From the IMG/VR virus record IMGVR_UViG_3300016471_001132, positions 72,095 through 136,094 of that record: a stretch of DNA of 64,000 bases, one strand, 5' to 3'. Shown in pieces: positions 1-9,885 of the stretch. Each line of letters opens with the position of its first letter. The first letter of the stretch is position 1. The notes under the pieces are model-generated. The model was not told the DNA's origin, ran no database searches, and was given only the letters and a program-made list of their open reading frames with translations. Both the position numbers and the translations under genes were made by a program. This DNA is from a virus.

Positions 1-1
1 T

Positions 2-475
2 AGCCAACAGATTTTTTTTAAACTGATCATGCTGTTTCTTACTATTTTGTGGATGAAAACTGACAGTGAATTCATCAACCAAAGGAATTATCTGTTCAAA
101 TTTTTTCGATGATACAATGGCGTTGGTAGTACAAGTCACAGTCAAGGGCCAACTTGTCTGGTAATCGGCATGGCGCTCTTTGATATATTGTAATATAGTG
201 ACTATATCTGGATGATGCAGACTTTCTCCACCATACACGTTTATCACCACATCTCTTATGCCTTTGGCTTTTTTGCTCATATACAGATCAGTATAGGCCA
301 ACATAAAATCCACCGACTTTTTGCAACGATCCAGAGGCGGGTGTTTCGTGGAATTATCGTGGCCTGCGCAATAATCGCAATCCAGATTACATTTGAATGT
401 CAATTCCCAATCTAATAGGAATGTCATCCTATTATTCGGATTTATTGCAGGTTCTAATACCAAAAAATCAGACAT
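2..475 (-). CDS. Radical SAM protein (partial, runs off window start; absent from ORF track)
   Basis: Manual translation MSDFLVLEPAINPNNRMTFLLDWELTFKCNLDCDYCAGH...VYGGESLHHP: CxxxCxxC motif plus GGE motif; ATG overlaps the stop of the clamp-loader gene. Confidence 0.85.
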   Translation of the reverse strand, partial: MSDFLVLEPAINPNNRMTFLLDWELTFKCNLDCDYCAGHDNSTKHPPLDRCKKSVDFMLAYTDLYMSKKAKGIRDVVINVYGGESLHHPDIVTILQYIKERHADYQTSWPLTVTCTTNAIVSSKKFEQIIPLVDEFTVSFHPQNSKKQHDQFKKNLLA

Positions 476-1394
476 CTCTCAGAGAGCCCAGTTCGATCAT
501 GGTCGCCGCGAGATTGATCTCTTGATCGGCCACCATGGGTATGTTTGCGATGCCGTTGCGTATGATCACGATGGCCTGGTCTTGCTTTTCAGGATCAGTG
601 CTCCATAATTCAAGATTGTCATACATCCAACGGAACACTTCTTCCATCTCCTCGGGTCGCACCGCTGAACACATCAATTTCCTTGCCTCTAATACACGAC
701 CTTGTTTGAAGAGATCTACCACATCCAGTTTCCATTCCCGTACACCACCTTCGTCGCCGTGTGGTTTGTCAAGACGGCCTGCAGTTGAGTTCATCTGGCA
801 AGTATTCAAGCATTTGCGCAGATCTGGGTAAGTGGCTTTGACATAAGTGTCTAGTGTGTCGAGATCAAACTCCACAGACTCAGTGACGAGAACAGTAGCG
901 ATACGAGCAGTAAACTCAGTGACATCGACTTTTTCAATATGGAATCCCTGGCATCTCGAATGTAGAGCAGGAATAACACGGTTAGGATAGTTACAGGTAA
1001 GGATAAATCTAGCACTGGCATGATAAGTCTCCATGACGCCGCGGAGGGCTGCTTGTCCATTGGGACTGATATAATCAGCCTCGTCGAGTAACACAACCTT
1101 GAATGATCCAAACGGCATTGTTTGTACGAATCCAGTGATCTTGTCTCTGATGGTATCTACAGAGTTTTCACGGCTGGCGTTTATCTCCAACACATCATAG
1201 TCGTCGATCTCTAACTCGTTGATCAGGATCTTGGCTAGTGTGGTCTTGCCCACGCCCGGCGCACCTGAAAACAACAGATGCGGAATCGCCTTGGCATCGA
1301 TCCAGGATTGTACCTGTTTGCGTTGGGCATCATCGCGGAACACATAGTCGGCTACTGTGCGTGGTCGATACTTTTCTGTCCAGAGTTCTTTCAC
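468..1394 (-). CDS. Sliding-clamp loader AAA+ subunit (RFC small subunit / T4 gp44-like)
   Basis: LWTEKYRP, Walker A GAPGVGKTT, EINAS, LLDEAD, FILTCNY, SRC motifs. Confidence 0.95.
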   Translation of the reverse strand: MKELWTEKYRPRTVADYVFRDDAQRKQVQSWIDAKAIPHLLFSGAPGVGKTTLAKILINELEIDDYDVLEINASRENSVDTIRDKITGFVQTMPFGSFKVVLLDEADYISPNGQAALRGVMETYHASARFILTCNYPNRVIPALHSRCQGFHIEKVDVTEFTARIATVLVTESVEFDLDTLDTYVKATYPDLRKCLNTCQMNSTAGRLDKPHGDEGGVREWKLDVVDLFKQGRVLEARKLMCSAVRPEEMEEVFRWMYDNLELWSTDPEKQDQAIVIIRNGIANIPMVADQEINLAATMIELGSLRDV

Positions 1395-1395
1395 A

Positions 1396-1620
1396 CTATT
1401 CCTTTTTCAAAATCTTGATCAAGCGTTGTTTTTCCCATTGGTCTTCTTCCGAAAATGTAGGGAGTTTTTTATATTCATCATCTAACCAACATTTTAACAG
1501 ATAAAGTTCATGCTTGCAAGAGCGACTTGTCCAACCGTCGTTGTAAGGGGATTTGATTTCACCCAAGCTGGCCGAGATAGCTCTAGCAGCCTCGGTGAGA
1601 TCAGGTTTTTGGAAACCCAT
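1396..1620 (-). CDS. Hypothetical protein (74 aa)
   Basis: ORF coupled to neighbours (stop/start overlap at 1620). Confidence 0.7.
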   Translation of the reverse strand: MGFQKPDLTEAARAISASLGEIKSPYNDGWTSRSCKHELYLLKCWLDDEYKKLPTFSEEDQWEKQRLIKILKKE

Positions 1621-1985
1621 CAGCCAGTGACGGCGTCAGATATGGTGTCGTCGGAGCCAGGATGCTCGTCCGACACGAGCAGGATATCTTTGGGATCGAT
1701 GCGGCGTATGGTCTTGGTGCCTGTGTCGTCTTGTATGTCAAGTCCGCGAGTCCACCGGCCGTGTGCTACACAGATCCATTGCCCAACCTGCACATCTTTC
1801 TGCTCTGGGCCCACTGCATAGACTTGTCCCCACCGTGGACGGATGCCATCGCTTTTGCCGTTGTCGCTGGGCAGTATGATGCCTGAACTCAGTTGTCGAC
1901 CTTTGAATTCCATGTCTTTGACTATGACTGAATCATTGAGGGGGCGGATTTCCCTTATCACTGTGGGGCTGAATGCTGGTTTCAT
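1620..1985 (-). CDS. groES: Co-chaperonin GroES/Cpn10 family
   Basis: IRPLNDSVIV, SSGIILP, GQVYAVGP, VQVGQWI motifs. Confidence 0.9.
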   Translation of the reverse strand: MKPAFSPTVIREIRPLNDSVIVKDMEFKGRQLSSGIILPSDNGKSDGIRPRWGQVYAVGPEQKDVQVGQWICVAHGRWTRGLDIQDDTGTKTIRRIDPKDILLVSDEHPGSDDTISDAVTG

Positions 1986-2440
1986 ATTTTCCTTACACCA
2001 GGAGTTTGTTGGGCCACTTCGCGTGGAGTTTTCAGTGGTTCTTGTTTTACCTGCCGGGCTCTAGCGATGGCAGCAGCCAGGCCTTGACCCGGTGCTTCGG
2101 GCGCAGTAGATCCCTGTGCGACAGGTTTAGACGCCGCAGTCACTGGTTTATCTTGAATAGGCCTTTGGAAATCGTCATCGAAATCCTCGGGTGGTGTTGG
2201 GATTTCAATATCAGCGGCGCTGGTTGGTACCCGGGAGTCGCTGGTATTGGTTGTCTGGCGACGATACTGACGCGCTACTTGTTGATTGCGGGTGGCCACT
2301 GGACGATTATTGCTGTCGATAAGATCACCACGAGCGTTGACTTTTTGGTTGCCCACAGCCCGGACATTTTCGTTCCGTAATTGCAGGGCACCGATGTCAA
2401 CGGTTTTGCCCTGGGCGGTGCGATATATTCTGCGTGTCAT
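1982..2440 (-). CDS. Hypothetical phage protein (152 aa), late-expressed
   Basis: ORF with upstream TAAATA and GAGGG SD. Confidence 0.75.
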   Translation of the reverse strand: MTRRIYRTAQGKTVDIGALQLRNENVRAVGNQKVNARGDLIDSNNRPVATRNQQVARQYRRQTTNTSDSRVPTSAADIEIPTPPEDFDDDFQRPIQDKPVTAASKPVAQGSTAPEAPGQGLAAAIARARQVKQEPLKTPREVAQQTPGVRKI

Positions 2441-2466
2441 TGGATTCCCTCTTGTTGTGATGATAT

Positions 2467-2979
2467 TTAACGCAAAAATTCTCTAGGGTCTAAATCATAG
2501 TACATGCTATCGATCTTGTGAACGCCCAAGAGATATAAGACATAACTGGCCACAGAACTCCCACGGCCCACTCCCCAGATGATGGAATTTTGTTGCATGA
2601 CATCCACGAGATACTTCATGTATCTCAAGAGATCAAACATTCCATGCTCTTGATAAAGCAGCAATTCCTGTCCTACACGCTGTAATTGTTCCTGAGAACT
2701 GCACAGAGACAGCACATGTTCGGCGATATCCATGTTTCTATAATCATCCGGCATGTACCAGTTTTCCTGTTGTTGCCGATGGAATTCTGGCACAGAACAC
2801 GCATGGAATCTCTGCTGTCTGAGATCTGGTACAGGGTCTATGTCATCTGGAAATCTAGACAGATCCACTGATTGATCCACGATCATGTTTTGGATGCTGC
2901 CTATGTCTCGACCTTGCATGATCAGGTCGATCACATCATCCTCTGAGAAAATCATTTCTCCGAATTTATTTGTTTGCAT
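2467..2979 (-). CDS. dnaE: DNA polymerase III alpha-like fragment (170 aa)
   Basis: WGVGRGSSVASYVLYLLGVHKID matches the DnaE GxGRGS motif; ends just before the catalytic PDxDxD motif; start moved to MQTNKF. Confidence 0.8.
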   Translation of the reverse strand: MQTNKFGEMIFSEDDVIDLIMQGRDIGSIQNMIVDQSVDLSRFPDDIDPVPDLRQQRFHACSVPEFHRQQQENWYMPDDYRNMDIAEHVLSLCSSQEQLQRVGQELLLYQEHGMFDLLRYMKYLVDVMQQNSIIWGVGRGSSVASYVLYLLGVHKIDSMYYDLDPREFLR

Positions 2980-3562
2980 CGTCATCAAATCTGCCAAAAA
3001 CCACTGTGTCAGTATTGGAAGATTTATCATCGTTCCAGTCGAGATCATGATCTTTCCATTCAGGAAGCCGTCCCAGATTGACTACCTTGTCTGTGACATT
3101 GTATCGAGTCATGCTCCAGACAGGTCGTGGATCTTGCCACCATCCAGATTGTGCCAAAGGTCCGATGGATTCTTTCCAGTTGTGTAGATAACTCATTGAA
3201 TCACCTGCACGGCTCCAGATTTCTACATCAGTGATCATGATGCGATCTTCCATCACAGCATTGAGTTTGGAGCATAACATGATTCCCACGATCTGGTCTA
3301 CGGGTTCCACAGGAAAGGCCATGATTCTGGCGCCAGTGTCCTTCCATTGTTTAATGTTTCCTTGTGCTTCATCGATGAAGATGGCACCGTCTAGTATTTC
3401 GTTGAACCAGAATTTCATCCGTTCGTAGGCTAGATTTTGCTCCACGGGATCTTCCGTTGCTGTGAGCATTTCTAATTGTGCTGTGTAATGGTTGATCAAG
3501 AACTGGCCGTTGTACACCACGCCCGAATACCAACTAAAAGTTTTCTTTAATCTAACATTCAT
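2966..3562 (-). CDS. Hypothetical protein (198 aa)
   Basis: Long ORF in operon with ATGA overlap. Confidence 0.75.
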   Translation of the reverse strand: MNVRLKKTFSWYSGVVYNGQFLINHYTAQLEMLTATEDPVEQNLAYERMKFWFNEILDGAIFIDEAQGNIKQWKDTGARIMAFPVEPVDQIVGIMLCSKLNAVMEDRIMITDVEIWSRAGDSMSYLHNWKESIGPLAQSGWWQDPRPVWSMTRYNVTDKVVNLGRLPEWKDHDLDWNDDKSSNTDTVVFGRFDDDANK

Positions 3563-3798
3563 GAAATATCGATCTTGTCACCAAAATCAGGATTGTTCTT
3601 TGAACTCTTTTCCCACTCTTCTTGCTGCAGTTGGCGTAATTTATTCTGATAGGTTTCCAGAGCCATGCGGACTTGTTGTGTGAGAAAATCATTGCCAGAA
3701 CGATGCGCCCAACCCAATTTCTTGGTGAGATCAGAGACCTTGGCCTGGAGTTGTTCCATGCTCAATGAGTCGGCATCGGTTATCAGTGGATGTTCCAT
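3559..3798 (-). CDS. Hypothetical protein (79 aa)
   Basis: ORF downstream of early promoter at 3820-3848. Confidence 0.7.
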   Translation of the reverse strand: MEHPLITDADSLSMEQLQAKVSDLTKKLGWAHRSGNDFLTQQVRMALETYQNKLRQLQQEEWEKSSKNNPDFGDKIDIS

Positions 3799-3803
3799 AA
3801 ATG

Positions 3804-3836
3804 AAAAGCCCTTGATACTATTTTAGCATCAAGGGC
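3804..3836 (-). terminator. Intrinsic terminator of the structural operon
   Basis: GCCCTTGATGC-TAAAATA-GTATCAAGGGC followed by TTTT on the minus strand. Confidence 0.75.
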
Positions 3837-3848
3837 CACGATTGTCAA
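3820..3848 (-). promoter_or_regulatory. Sigma70-type promoter overlapping the terminator hairpin
   Basis: TTGACA-17 nt-TAAAAT. Confidence 0.8.
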
Positions 3849-3858
3849 ACTATTTTGG

Positions 3859-4767
3859 TTAACCGAACACGCATCCGTTGTTGCCCACACAGCACCATTT
3901 GGCATTGGTGTACAGCAGTGTGCAGCCGTCCCCAACGTCACCAAAAGTGATGGTACCGGATCCGCCCCAAGCAGGGTTGGTCACTGTGATCACCATGTCG
4001 CCGCCACCGTCCGTGGTCATGGCAAACATCTTGACCTGTCCGTCGGTACCAGCTGCCAAGGTAGCAGTTTCTCCTGTGGCACCAGTGGCGATGTAGGTCA
4101 CTGGTAATGTGGTGCTTACTGCGGCAGCGTTGGCTAGATCTTCGCTGCCAGTCAAGAACAATGGGTTGGTAAACACGTTCAGCGGCCGGTTGAGATCAAA
4201 TATGGATATGTTGCTGCCGCCGTTGTTGGTCTCAAACTCAAACTCGTAAACTCCAGTGGCGCCGAAAGTGATCACATTGCCTGACAGTCCCTGGATGCCA
4301 GTGTTGTTGACATTGACTGCTGTGGGCAAGGTCAAGGTATGTAGCACATTGGCGACGTTGGCCTGAACACGAGCACGGCTAGTGGTGCCCGAGGCGCTGA
4401 AGTTTGTGAATGCCAAGGATATCGTACCAGCACTGCCTGAAGTTGAGAAAGTGTAATACGGTCCCGCGGAGTAGTCTATAGTGGCAGTATTACCAGTGGT
4501 CAGTGTGCCCAGGGCCACCCTTGTCTCGCTCATGTCCTGCAGTTGCGCATCAATCAGCAGAGATCCGCCCATGTTGTTGTTTAATGTGGTTCCGGTCAGA
4601 GCAGATTTCAGTACAGCTTTGGTCTGCAGATCCGTGATCTCAGATGCAGCGTAGGTAAAATTGGTCTTGGTAGCCGTGAAATTATCCCGGAAACCTTGGC
4701 TGTTGTTGTCCTGGCCCGCTACTGGATAGGTGCCATCTATGTTGTTTGGGTTGATCGACGAAGTCAT
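3859..4767 (-). CDS. Virion structural protein (baseplate/tail associated, 302 aa)
   Basis: T/N/G-rich beta protein, N-terminal NSQGFRDNF motif, late TAAATA upstream, structural context. Confidence 0.7.
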   Translation of the reverse strand: MTSSINPNNIDGTYPVAGQDNNSQGFRDNFTATKTNFTYAASEITDLQTKAVLKSALTGTTLNNNMGGSLLIDAQLQDMSETRVALGTLTTGNTATIDYSAGPYYTFSTSGSAGTISLAFTNFSASGTTSRARVQANVANVLHTLTLPTAVNVNNTGIQGLSGNVITFGATGVYEFEFETNNGGSNISIFDLNRPLNVFTNPLFLTGSEDLANAAAVSTTLPVTYIATGATGETATLAAGTDGQVKMFAMTTDGGGDMVITVTNPAWGGSGTITFGDVGDGCTLLYTNAKWCCVGNNGCVFG

Positions 4768-4797
4768 CTTTGCATCCTAAATTATGGTGTATTTAGC

Positions 4798-6018
4798 CTA
4801 GGATCGGAGCCAGTGCCCTTGAAAATAAGTAGAAGTGCCCGACCCAGATGTTGCAAAAACAGACAGTGCGGCAGTAGTAAATAAGTCACAGTAAATATAG
4901 TCAGTGGTTCCATTTAAGTAAATTAGACAATTCAGTGTTGAAATTGGTTGAAACCCGTTGATCCCAGGATATGATCCTAGTTTAGTTACAATGCCATTTT
5001 TTGCCAGCCTGATGAGTATTGCAATATTTGATAACGAATCTGTTGGAAAAACTTGAACAGATGCATTAATTTGATACCAGCCGGCTACAGTTGGAGTGAA
5101 TCTACCATTAGATGTATTGAAACAATTTGCAGAATCTAATTCTTTGTTTTGAAACAATAATGTTAAATTAGTCGGCGCGACAGGAATAACCTGCGGCGAA
5201 GTTTGTATAGCACTAAACGAAGGGCCGCTAATACCAGTCAACTGCGTGCCGCTACCTATAAATGCATTTGCCGTAACATCGCCAGTAACTGAAAGATTAG
5301 TTCCTATAGAAGCACTAGTGGCAATGGATAGATTGCCGCTTGATACTATATAAGCACCTCTCACAGGCCCAGTAGAATACAGATCGCTGCCTTGGACTGC
5401 GCCTGCAGTGAGAAATGCGCTGCCCTGCACACGCTGTGTGGCCACAACATTGCCTGTGGTGGTGATGTTTCCACCCACGATATTGCCAAAAGCTGTGACG
5501 CCGCCCACAGTGGCTTCTAATGTATAACCAGTGACTGCACCATTGGCTGTTAAGTTACCGCCTGTGATAGTACGACTGGAATTGATGACACCATTGGTGA
5601 CAATGTTCCCGCCCTGGATGTTTCCGGAGACAGTGACCGGTCCAGAAAAAATACCATTGGCTCCTATGATTGACGCAGTGGTGGTGACATTGCCGGTTAA
5701 GCTGGTCAATGCTCCTGTGTATGTCGGCAAGTAAGAGGCCACATTGGAATTACCGTAATTGTTGCTATCGATGCTGCTCAATATAGAAACACCGTTGGCC
5801 CAATAATAACCCGGCGCATACATGCCGCCTGATAATGTGCGTATATTTCCAGATACTATTAACGATGTCAGCTGACCCACGGAGGTGATCACAGGCTGTG
5901 CCGATGCAGTCACAGTGCCGGCAGTGTCGGCCGCTGCTTTGACATTGGCGAAGTTGGCATCCAGTTCGCTGAGGGCTATATTGCCAGTTTGATTGGCAAA
6001 GATGTAAGGTACTGTCAT
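4798..6018 (-). CDS. Tail fibre-like protein with putative C-terminal C1q-like domain
   Basis: GNI/TGNV beta-repeats; C-terminal FTPTVAGWYQINASV; late TAAATA upstream. Confidence 0.7.
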   Translation of the reverse strand: MTVPYIFANQTGNIALSELDANFANVKAAADTAGTVTASAQPVITSVGQLTSLIVSGNIRTLSGGMYAPGYYWANGVSILSSIDSNNYGNSNVASYLPTYTGALTSLTGNVTTTASIIGANGIFSGPVTVSGNIQGGNIVTNGVINSSRTITGGNLTANGAVTGYTLEATVGGVTAFGNIVGGNITTTGNVVATQRVQGSAFLTAGAVQGSDLYSTGPVRGAYIVSSGNLSIATSASIGTNLSVTGDVTANAFIGSGTQLTGISGPSFSAIQTSPQVIPVAPTNLTLLFQNKELDSANCFNTSNGRFTPTVAGWYQINASVQVFPTDSLSNIAILIRLAKNGIVTKLGSYPGINGFQPISTLNCLIYLNGTTDYIYCDLFTTAALSVFATSGSGTSTYFQGHWLRS

Positions 6019-6036
6019 TTTAATCTCTCAGCATAT

Positions 6037-9000
6037 TTATGCGTAATTGTTTAGCCAGACCACGGCGTTGCCTGAATCGTTGTTCCAGGTGACACTGCTC
6101 AATCTAACGTTGCGCCATATGATCACAGGATTGGGCGTGGGTGGCGGCGGCCCAGGTATGGTTGGGGTGGGATCGATGATATTGATCTTGGGGAACAACA
6201 GGTATCGATCAAAATCATCTGTGCCGGTGTATTGATCAGCAGGACTGACGAAGGCTGTGCTGCCACCATCAAACACCGTGGGTGTCCTTGCTGTGCTATT
6301 AGTGTCCAGTTGGTAAGTGCTGGAGATCTGATTGATAGCCACTGTGGCATTGGCAGGCAAAGCAGCACCTGCAAAAATAGCTGGATTGGCACCCGAAGCC
6401 GTGCGGATAATCACACTGTTTGGCGGGTCGATCTGCTGCCAATAATATCCGTCGGAGATAGCTGTTCCGGCCGGCACATCTCTCAAGCTGCGATAGTAAA
6501 GTCCCCCGGTGGTCACTGTGGCATAGGTGCCATAAGAATCCAAAGAGTTCCAATCTCTGATATTGGTTTCTGGAATACCTCGGCTGTAACTCAGTTGCCA
6601 ACTGTTGCCAGTTGTGCCGGACTTCCAGTAAGGGATCACAGTGCCATTGACAGTGACCACCAACTTGCCCGTGCCTGACTGGGCTTGGAATCCCCAGGCT
6701 TCGGTGATACCGTCGGCAGTGTAAGAATTGACCTGCACCACTTGCCCAGTGGTATTCAAAGAAAAAATATTGTCTCTGTACTGGAATTGAGTGTGTAAAT
6801 CAAAAGTAGTGGCAGCAGGCGCTGAGCCATCGGGCGATAGCCAAGTACCAATGGCAGGATCCCAAAGATAAGTCTGACTGCGATCCAGTTCATAACGATC
6901 GGCTTTGAAGTCAATCTTATTGAGTTGATCACCAAATCTCGTGCGGATGTTGTATGCAACCCTGTCACCTTGCCCGGGCTGCAGATAAGCTATGACCCAG
7001 GCCGGAGTGAATCCCAATGTGCGGCCGTCACTCTGCTGGCTGGTCATCCACAGAGGCAGCGCAGGTGTAAGGGGTGGAGATATCTGTCCCACGACCGAAA
7101 CCACTTGATCTCGCATGTTTATGAGACTGTTGGGATAGACAACACTTATCTCTGTGCTGTCTCCTTGGTTGATGGGATAAGGCAGCGTGACCTCTTTGCC
7201 CACGCTCTCGCCTTCGTTGTTGACGAGATCGTCGATGATAGATGAATACACCACATCATAGATGTAGTTGCCTGCACTGTCAATGGCTCGAGCTGTGCGT
7301 ATCTCTCCCAGGGTTAGATTCTTCCAGTAATGATTTAGCTCCAGGCTTTCAACATACTCTTCCAGTGCCACAGCATTCAGTCCATAGGCATGATCATAGA
7401 CCACGTCCGCTGCCACACCAAAATTGGGGTCATCAGATCGGTAAACCAAGGCATTGGGTATGATCTCTTGATTCTGTACCAACTGTTCGATCAGAGCACG
7501 ATCATCCTCAGGCGGCATTGCCTTGATGTAGAGTTTCTGATAGGGTTCATTGAAATACCGCACGACTTTTATGCTGAACCTGCGGAACACACTGATGGCG
7601 TTGTTCACCGACCTAGTGGTTATGGTTGCGGTAGCTGTGACTCCTGCGCCACCTCCCCCGCTGAAACTCACTGTGGGCGGTGTGGTGTATCCATTGCCAG
7701 GATTGCCCACAGTGATGGCAGTGACCACTCCGTTTTCTATCACTGGCGTACCGGCTACTGCACCCGATCCTCCCCCGCCGGTGATGGATATAAACGGAGA
7801 TCCGCTGTAACCAGATCCACCAGAGGATAAGTTTATTGCCGTTATAGCTCCTGAAACTATCGTGGCGCTGCTGACAGCTACACCTGTTCCACCACCGCCT
7901 ATGATGACCACTGAGGGTTGGCTGGTGTAACCAGAGCCGCCCGACGACACAGGTATGCTGGTAATGACCCCGTTGCTGATGGTAGCAGTGGCAGTGGCCT
8001 GCAAAGCACCATCCACTGCTGAAGGAGCAGACAGCGTGACTGTGGGCGCAGTGGTATAACCTGATCCACCAGAGACGATATTGATGCCACTGACTTCATA
8101 GTTGACCTGCTCGGTCTGGGCCGCAAATGCGTTCACTGTGAAATGATATTCGCTGTCAAAGGTAGTGTCTCCTGCATCTATGGTCGTTTCACCTTGATCC
8201 AGCGCGAAAGTTATAAAACTCACACGGCCGGTGATGTGCCCCGACGGTTGCAGAGTAAGTCCCTGCGGCAATCTGCTGTCGCTGCCGCTCTGCAGCTGAT
8301 AAGTCAGCGCTCGTCCACCTCGGTTGACTGCGGCCACTGCCAAGGTAGAGATGCTGCCATTGAGGATGCTGCCGAGGTCGGGGTCAGTCAACCAGGTTAC
8401 CTCGGTATTGATATTACCAGTGATGGTCAGTGTGTAATAGTAGAAGTCGGAGATCACAGTGGGATCACCGGCTTTGTAAACGCGAATGGCAAATTGATAA
8501 GTGAATTCTGTGGCGCCTTGGTCAGGGATGTAACCTGTGAGCCATCCTGTGGTTTGATTTAGCGTCAGCCCCGGGGGCAAGCTCTGGCTGCCACGGTCGA
8601 ATCCTTCTCCGTCTCTATCAAAACTGCCCGGACCTCCAGTCACTGTACCAGCATCAAAGCCAATGGCGGCACCAGTGGTGATAGTGTATTCTATGGTATC
8701 GCCATCAAAATCAATGGCTTCGAACTGGAAGGCGAAAAATCCACCCGATCTGACTGTGCCCAGACTGCCTGCTGGCGTGATGATCACTGGTGTGCGGGTG
8801 GGTATGGCATCAGCAGTGATGAATGTGTTGTCGGCGGTAAAGTCAGTGGTATCAGCTGTGAGACTATCTGAACTGTAGACAAAGATCTCATAGGTCCGTA
8901 TGGCACCAGGATCTTCTACCGTGGTCAGGCTGCCGCCTATCTTCAAAGTAAATTGATAGTTCTTGCTGGCAGATCGTGTGGAGAAATCCCAAGGGTACAC

Positions 9001-9579
9001 ATCCCAGTTGGTAGCATCCCAGCCCGCTGGAGCAGTCCCGGGCGGACCCACCAAGGGTTCAATCACGCCGGAAATCAAACCGGTGCGGCTTACAGTGAGT
9101 CCAGGCGGTAACTCACCATACAGCAATTCTATGTTAGGACTCTCGTTCTCGTCCAGTCCGGTGTACTCTATTTGGACTTCAGCGGCCCGCCCATCGAAAA
9201 AAGTACCTACATTTCCCGCAGGTGTGACGAATTCAGGATCATTGCGATCTATGACTGTGAGTTCAAAAGTGCGGTCATTGATGCGATCTACAAGGATCCG
9301 ACCGTTGACCGTTCGTGTGGTGTAGGCACGGATGGCGAATCTGCTGGTGACATCGCGTGCCACATCTGCTGGTACACCTTGTACGCGGGCCACAGTGCTG
9401 GGCACACCTTCGATCACACCATTGGTGTTGATTTGTACACCTGCGGGCAGTTCGCCGGCGATGAGTCGGAAATATACTATTTCACCCTCGGCTTCGGCGG
9501 TCACAGGAGTGCTGTAAAATTGCCCTTCGGGTATGCTACCCAGGCTGCCGGCAGGAGTGATCCATTGTGGCTGGGCCAT
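6037..9579 (-). CDS. Large baseplate wedge-like protein with Ig-like (LPxGLTL) and Gly-rich repeats (1180 aa)
   Basis: Repeated WITPAGSLG / LPPGLT modules; four GGSGYT(T/S)xPxV repeats; structural block. Confidence 0.75.
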   Translation of the reverse strand: MAQPQWITPAGSLGSIPEGQFYSTPVTAEAEGEIVYFRLIAGELPAGVQINTNGVIEGVPSTVARVQGVPADVARDVTSRFAIRAYTTRTVNGRILVDRINDRTFELTVIDRNDPEFVTPAGNVGTFFDGRAAEVQIEYTGLDENESPNIELLYGELPPGLTVSRTGLISGVIEPLVGPPGTAPAGWDATNWDVYPWDFSTRSASKNYQFTLKIGGSLTTVEDPGAIRTYEIFVYSSDSLTADTTDFTADNTFITADAIPTRTPVIITPAGSLGTVRSGGFFAFQFEAIDFDGDTIEYTITTGAAIGFDAGTVTGGPGSFDRDGEGFDRGSQSLPPGLTLNQTTGWLTGYIPDQGATEFTYQFAIRVYKAGDPTVISDFYYYTLTITGNINTEVTWLTDPDLGSILNGSISTLAVAAVNRGGRALTYQLQSGSDSRLPQGLTLQPSGHITGRVSFITFALDQGETTIDAGDTTFDSEYHFTVNAFAAQTEQVNYEVSGINIVSGGSGYTTAPTVTLSAPSAVDGALQATATATISNGVITSIPVSSGGSGYTSQPSVVIIGGGGTGVAVSSATIVSGAITAINLSSGGSGYSGSPFISITGGGGSGAVAGTPVIENGVVTAITVGNPGNGYTTPPTVSFSGGGGAGVTATATITTRSVNNAISVFRRFSIKVVRYFNEPYQKLYIKAMPPEDDRALIEQLVQNQEIIPNALVYRSDDPNFGVAADVVYDHAYGLNAVALEEYVESLELNHYWKNLTLGEIRTARAIDSAGNYIYDVVYSSIIDDLVNNEGESVGKEVTLPYPINQGDSTEISVVYPNSLINMRDQVVSVVGQISPPLTPALPLWMTSQQSDGRTLGFTPAWVIAYLQPGQGDRVAYNIRTRFGDQLNKIDFKADRYELDRSQTYLWDPAIGTWLSPDGSAPAATTFDLHTQFQYRDNIFSLNTTGQVVQVNSYTADGITEAWGFQAQSGTGKLVVTVNGTVIPYWKSGTTGNSWQLSYSRGIPETNIRDWNSLDSYGTYATVTTGGLYYRSLRDVPAGTAISDGYYWQQIDPPNSVIIRTASGANPAIFAGAALPANATVAINQISSTYQLDTNSTARTPTVFDGGSTAFVSPADQYTGTDDFDRYLLFPKINIIDPTPTIPGPPPPTPNPVIIWRNVRLSSVTWNNDSGNAVVWLNNYA
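7600..8095 (-). repeat. Four ~38-40 aa GxGYxxxPxVxxxGGGGxG repeats within the 1180-aa protein (boundaries approximate)
   Basis: GGSGYTTAPTVT, GGSGYTSQPSVV, GGSGYSGSPFIS, PGNGYTTPPTVS in translation. Confidence 0.8.
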
Positions 9580-9843
9580 TTACCATGCCGATCCTGCGAT
9601 GCGCTTCCAGATTATGGTGCTGTCGCCCACATAATCCTGGAAACAGTAGTAGAAATAATCTTCATCTACTGCGTACATGCCTTTGACATCAGTGGCCACA
9701 CCATCGGGATTGTCCGGTGGTGTGGTCTTGAATCTCAAGAAAAGTTCGTCAAAATTGCTGTTACATTTGCCAAATGCTGTGCGCAGAGGATCGCCCAGGC
9801 CATCGTTGGGTGCTGTTCCTATGTTTATGGTCTGCTGTGCCAT
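9580..9843 (-). CDS. Small baseplate/tail-fibre connector-like protein
   Basis: INIGTAPNDGLGDPLRTAFGKCNSNF, the NDGxGDxLRxAF motif of T4 gp9/gp10-type N-termini. Confidence 0.7.
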   Translation of the reverse strand: MAQQTINIGTAPNDGLGDPLRTAFGKCNSNFDELFLRFKTTPPDNPDGVATDVKGMYAVDEDYFYYCFQDYVGDSTIIWKRIAGSAW

Positions 9844-9885
9844 CTTTTACCTCGCTTTGAGTGTATTTAGCGGATTTCCACAGGG

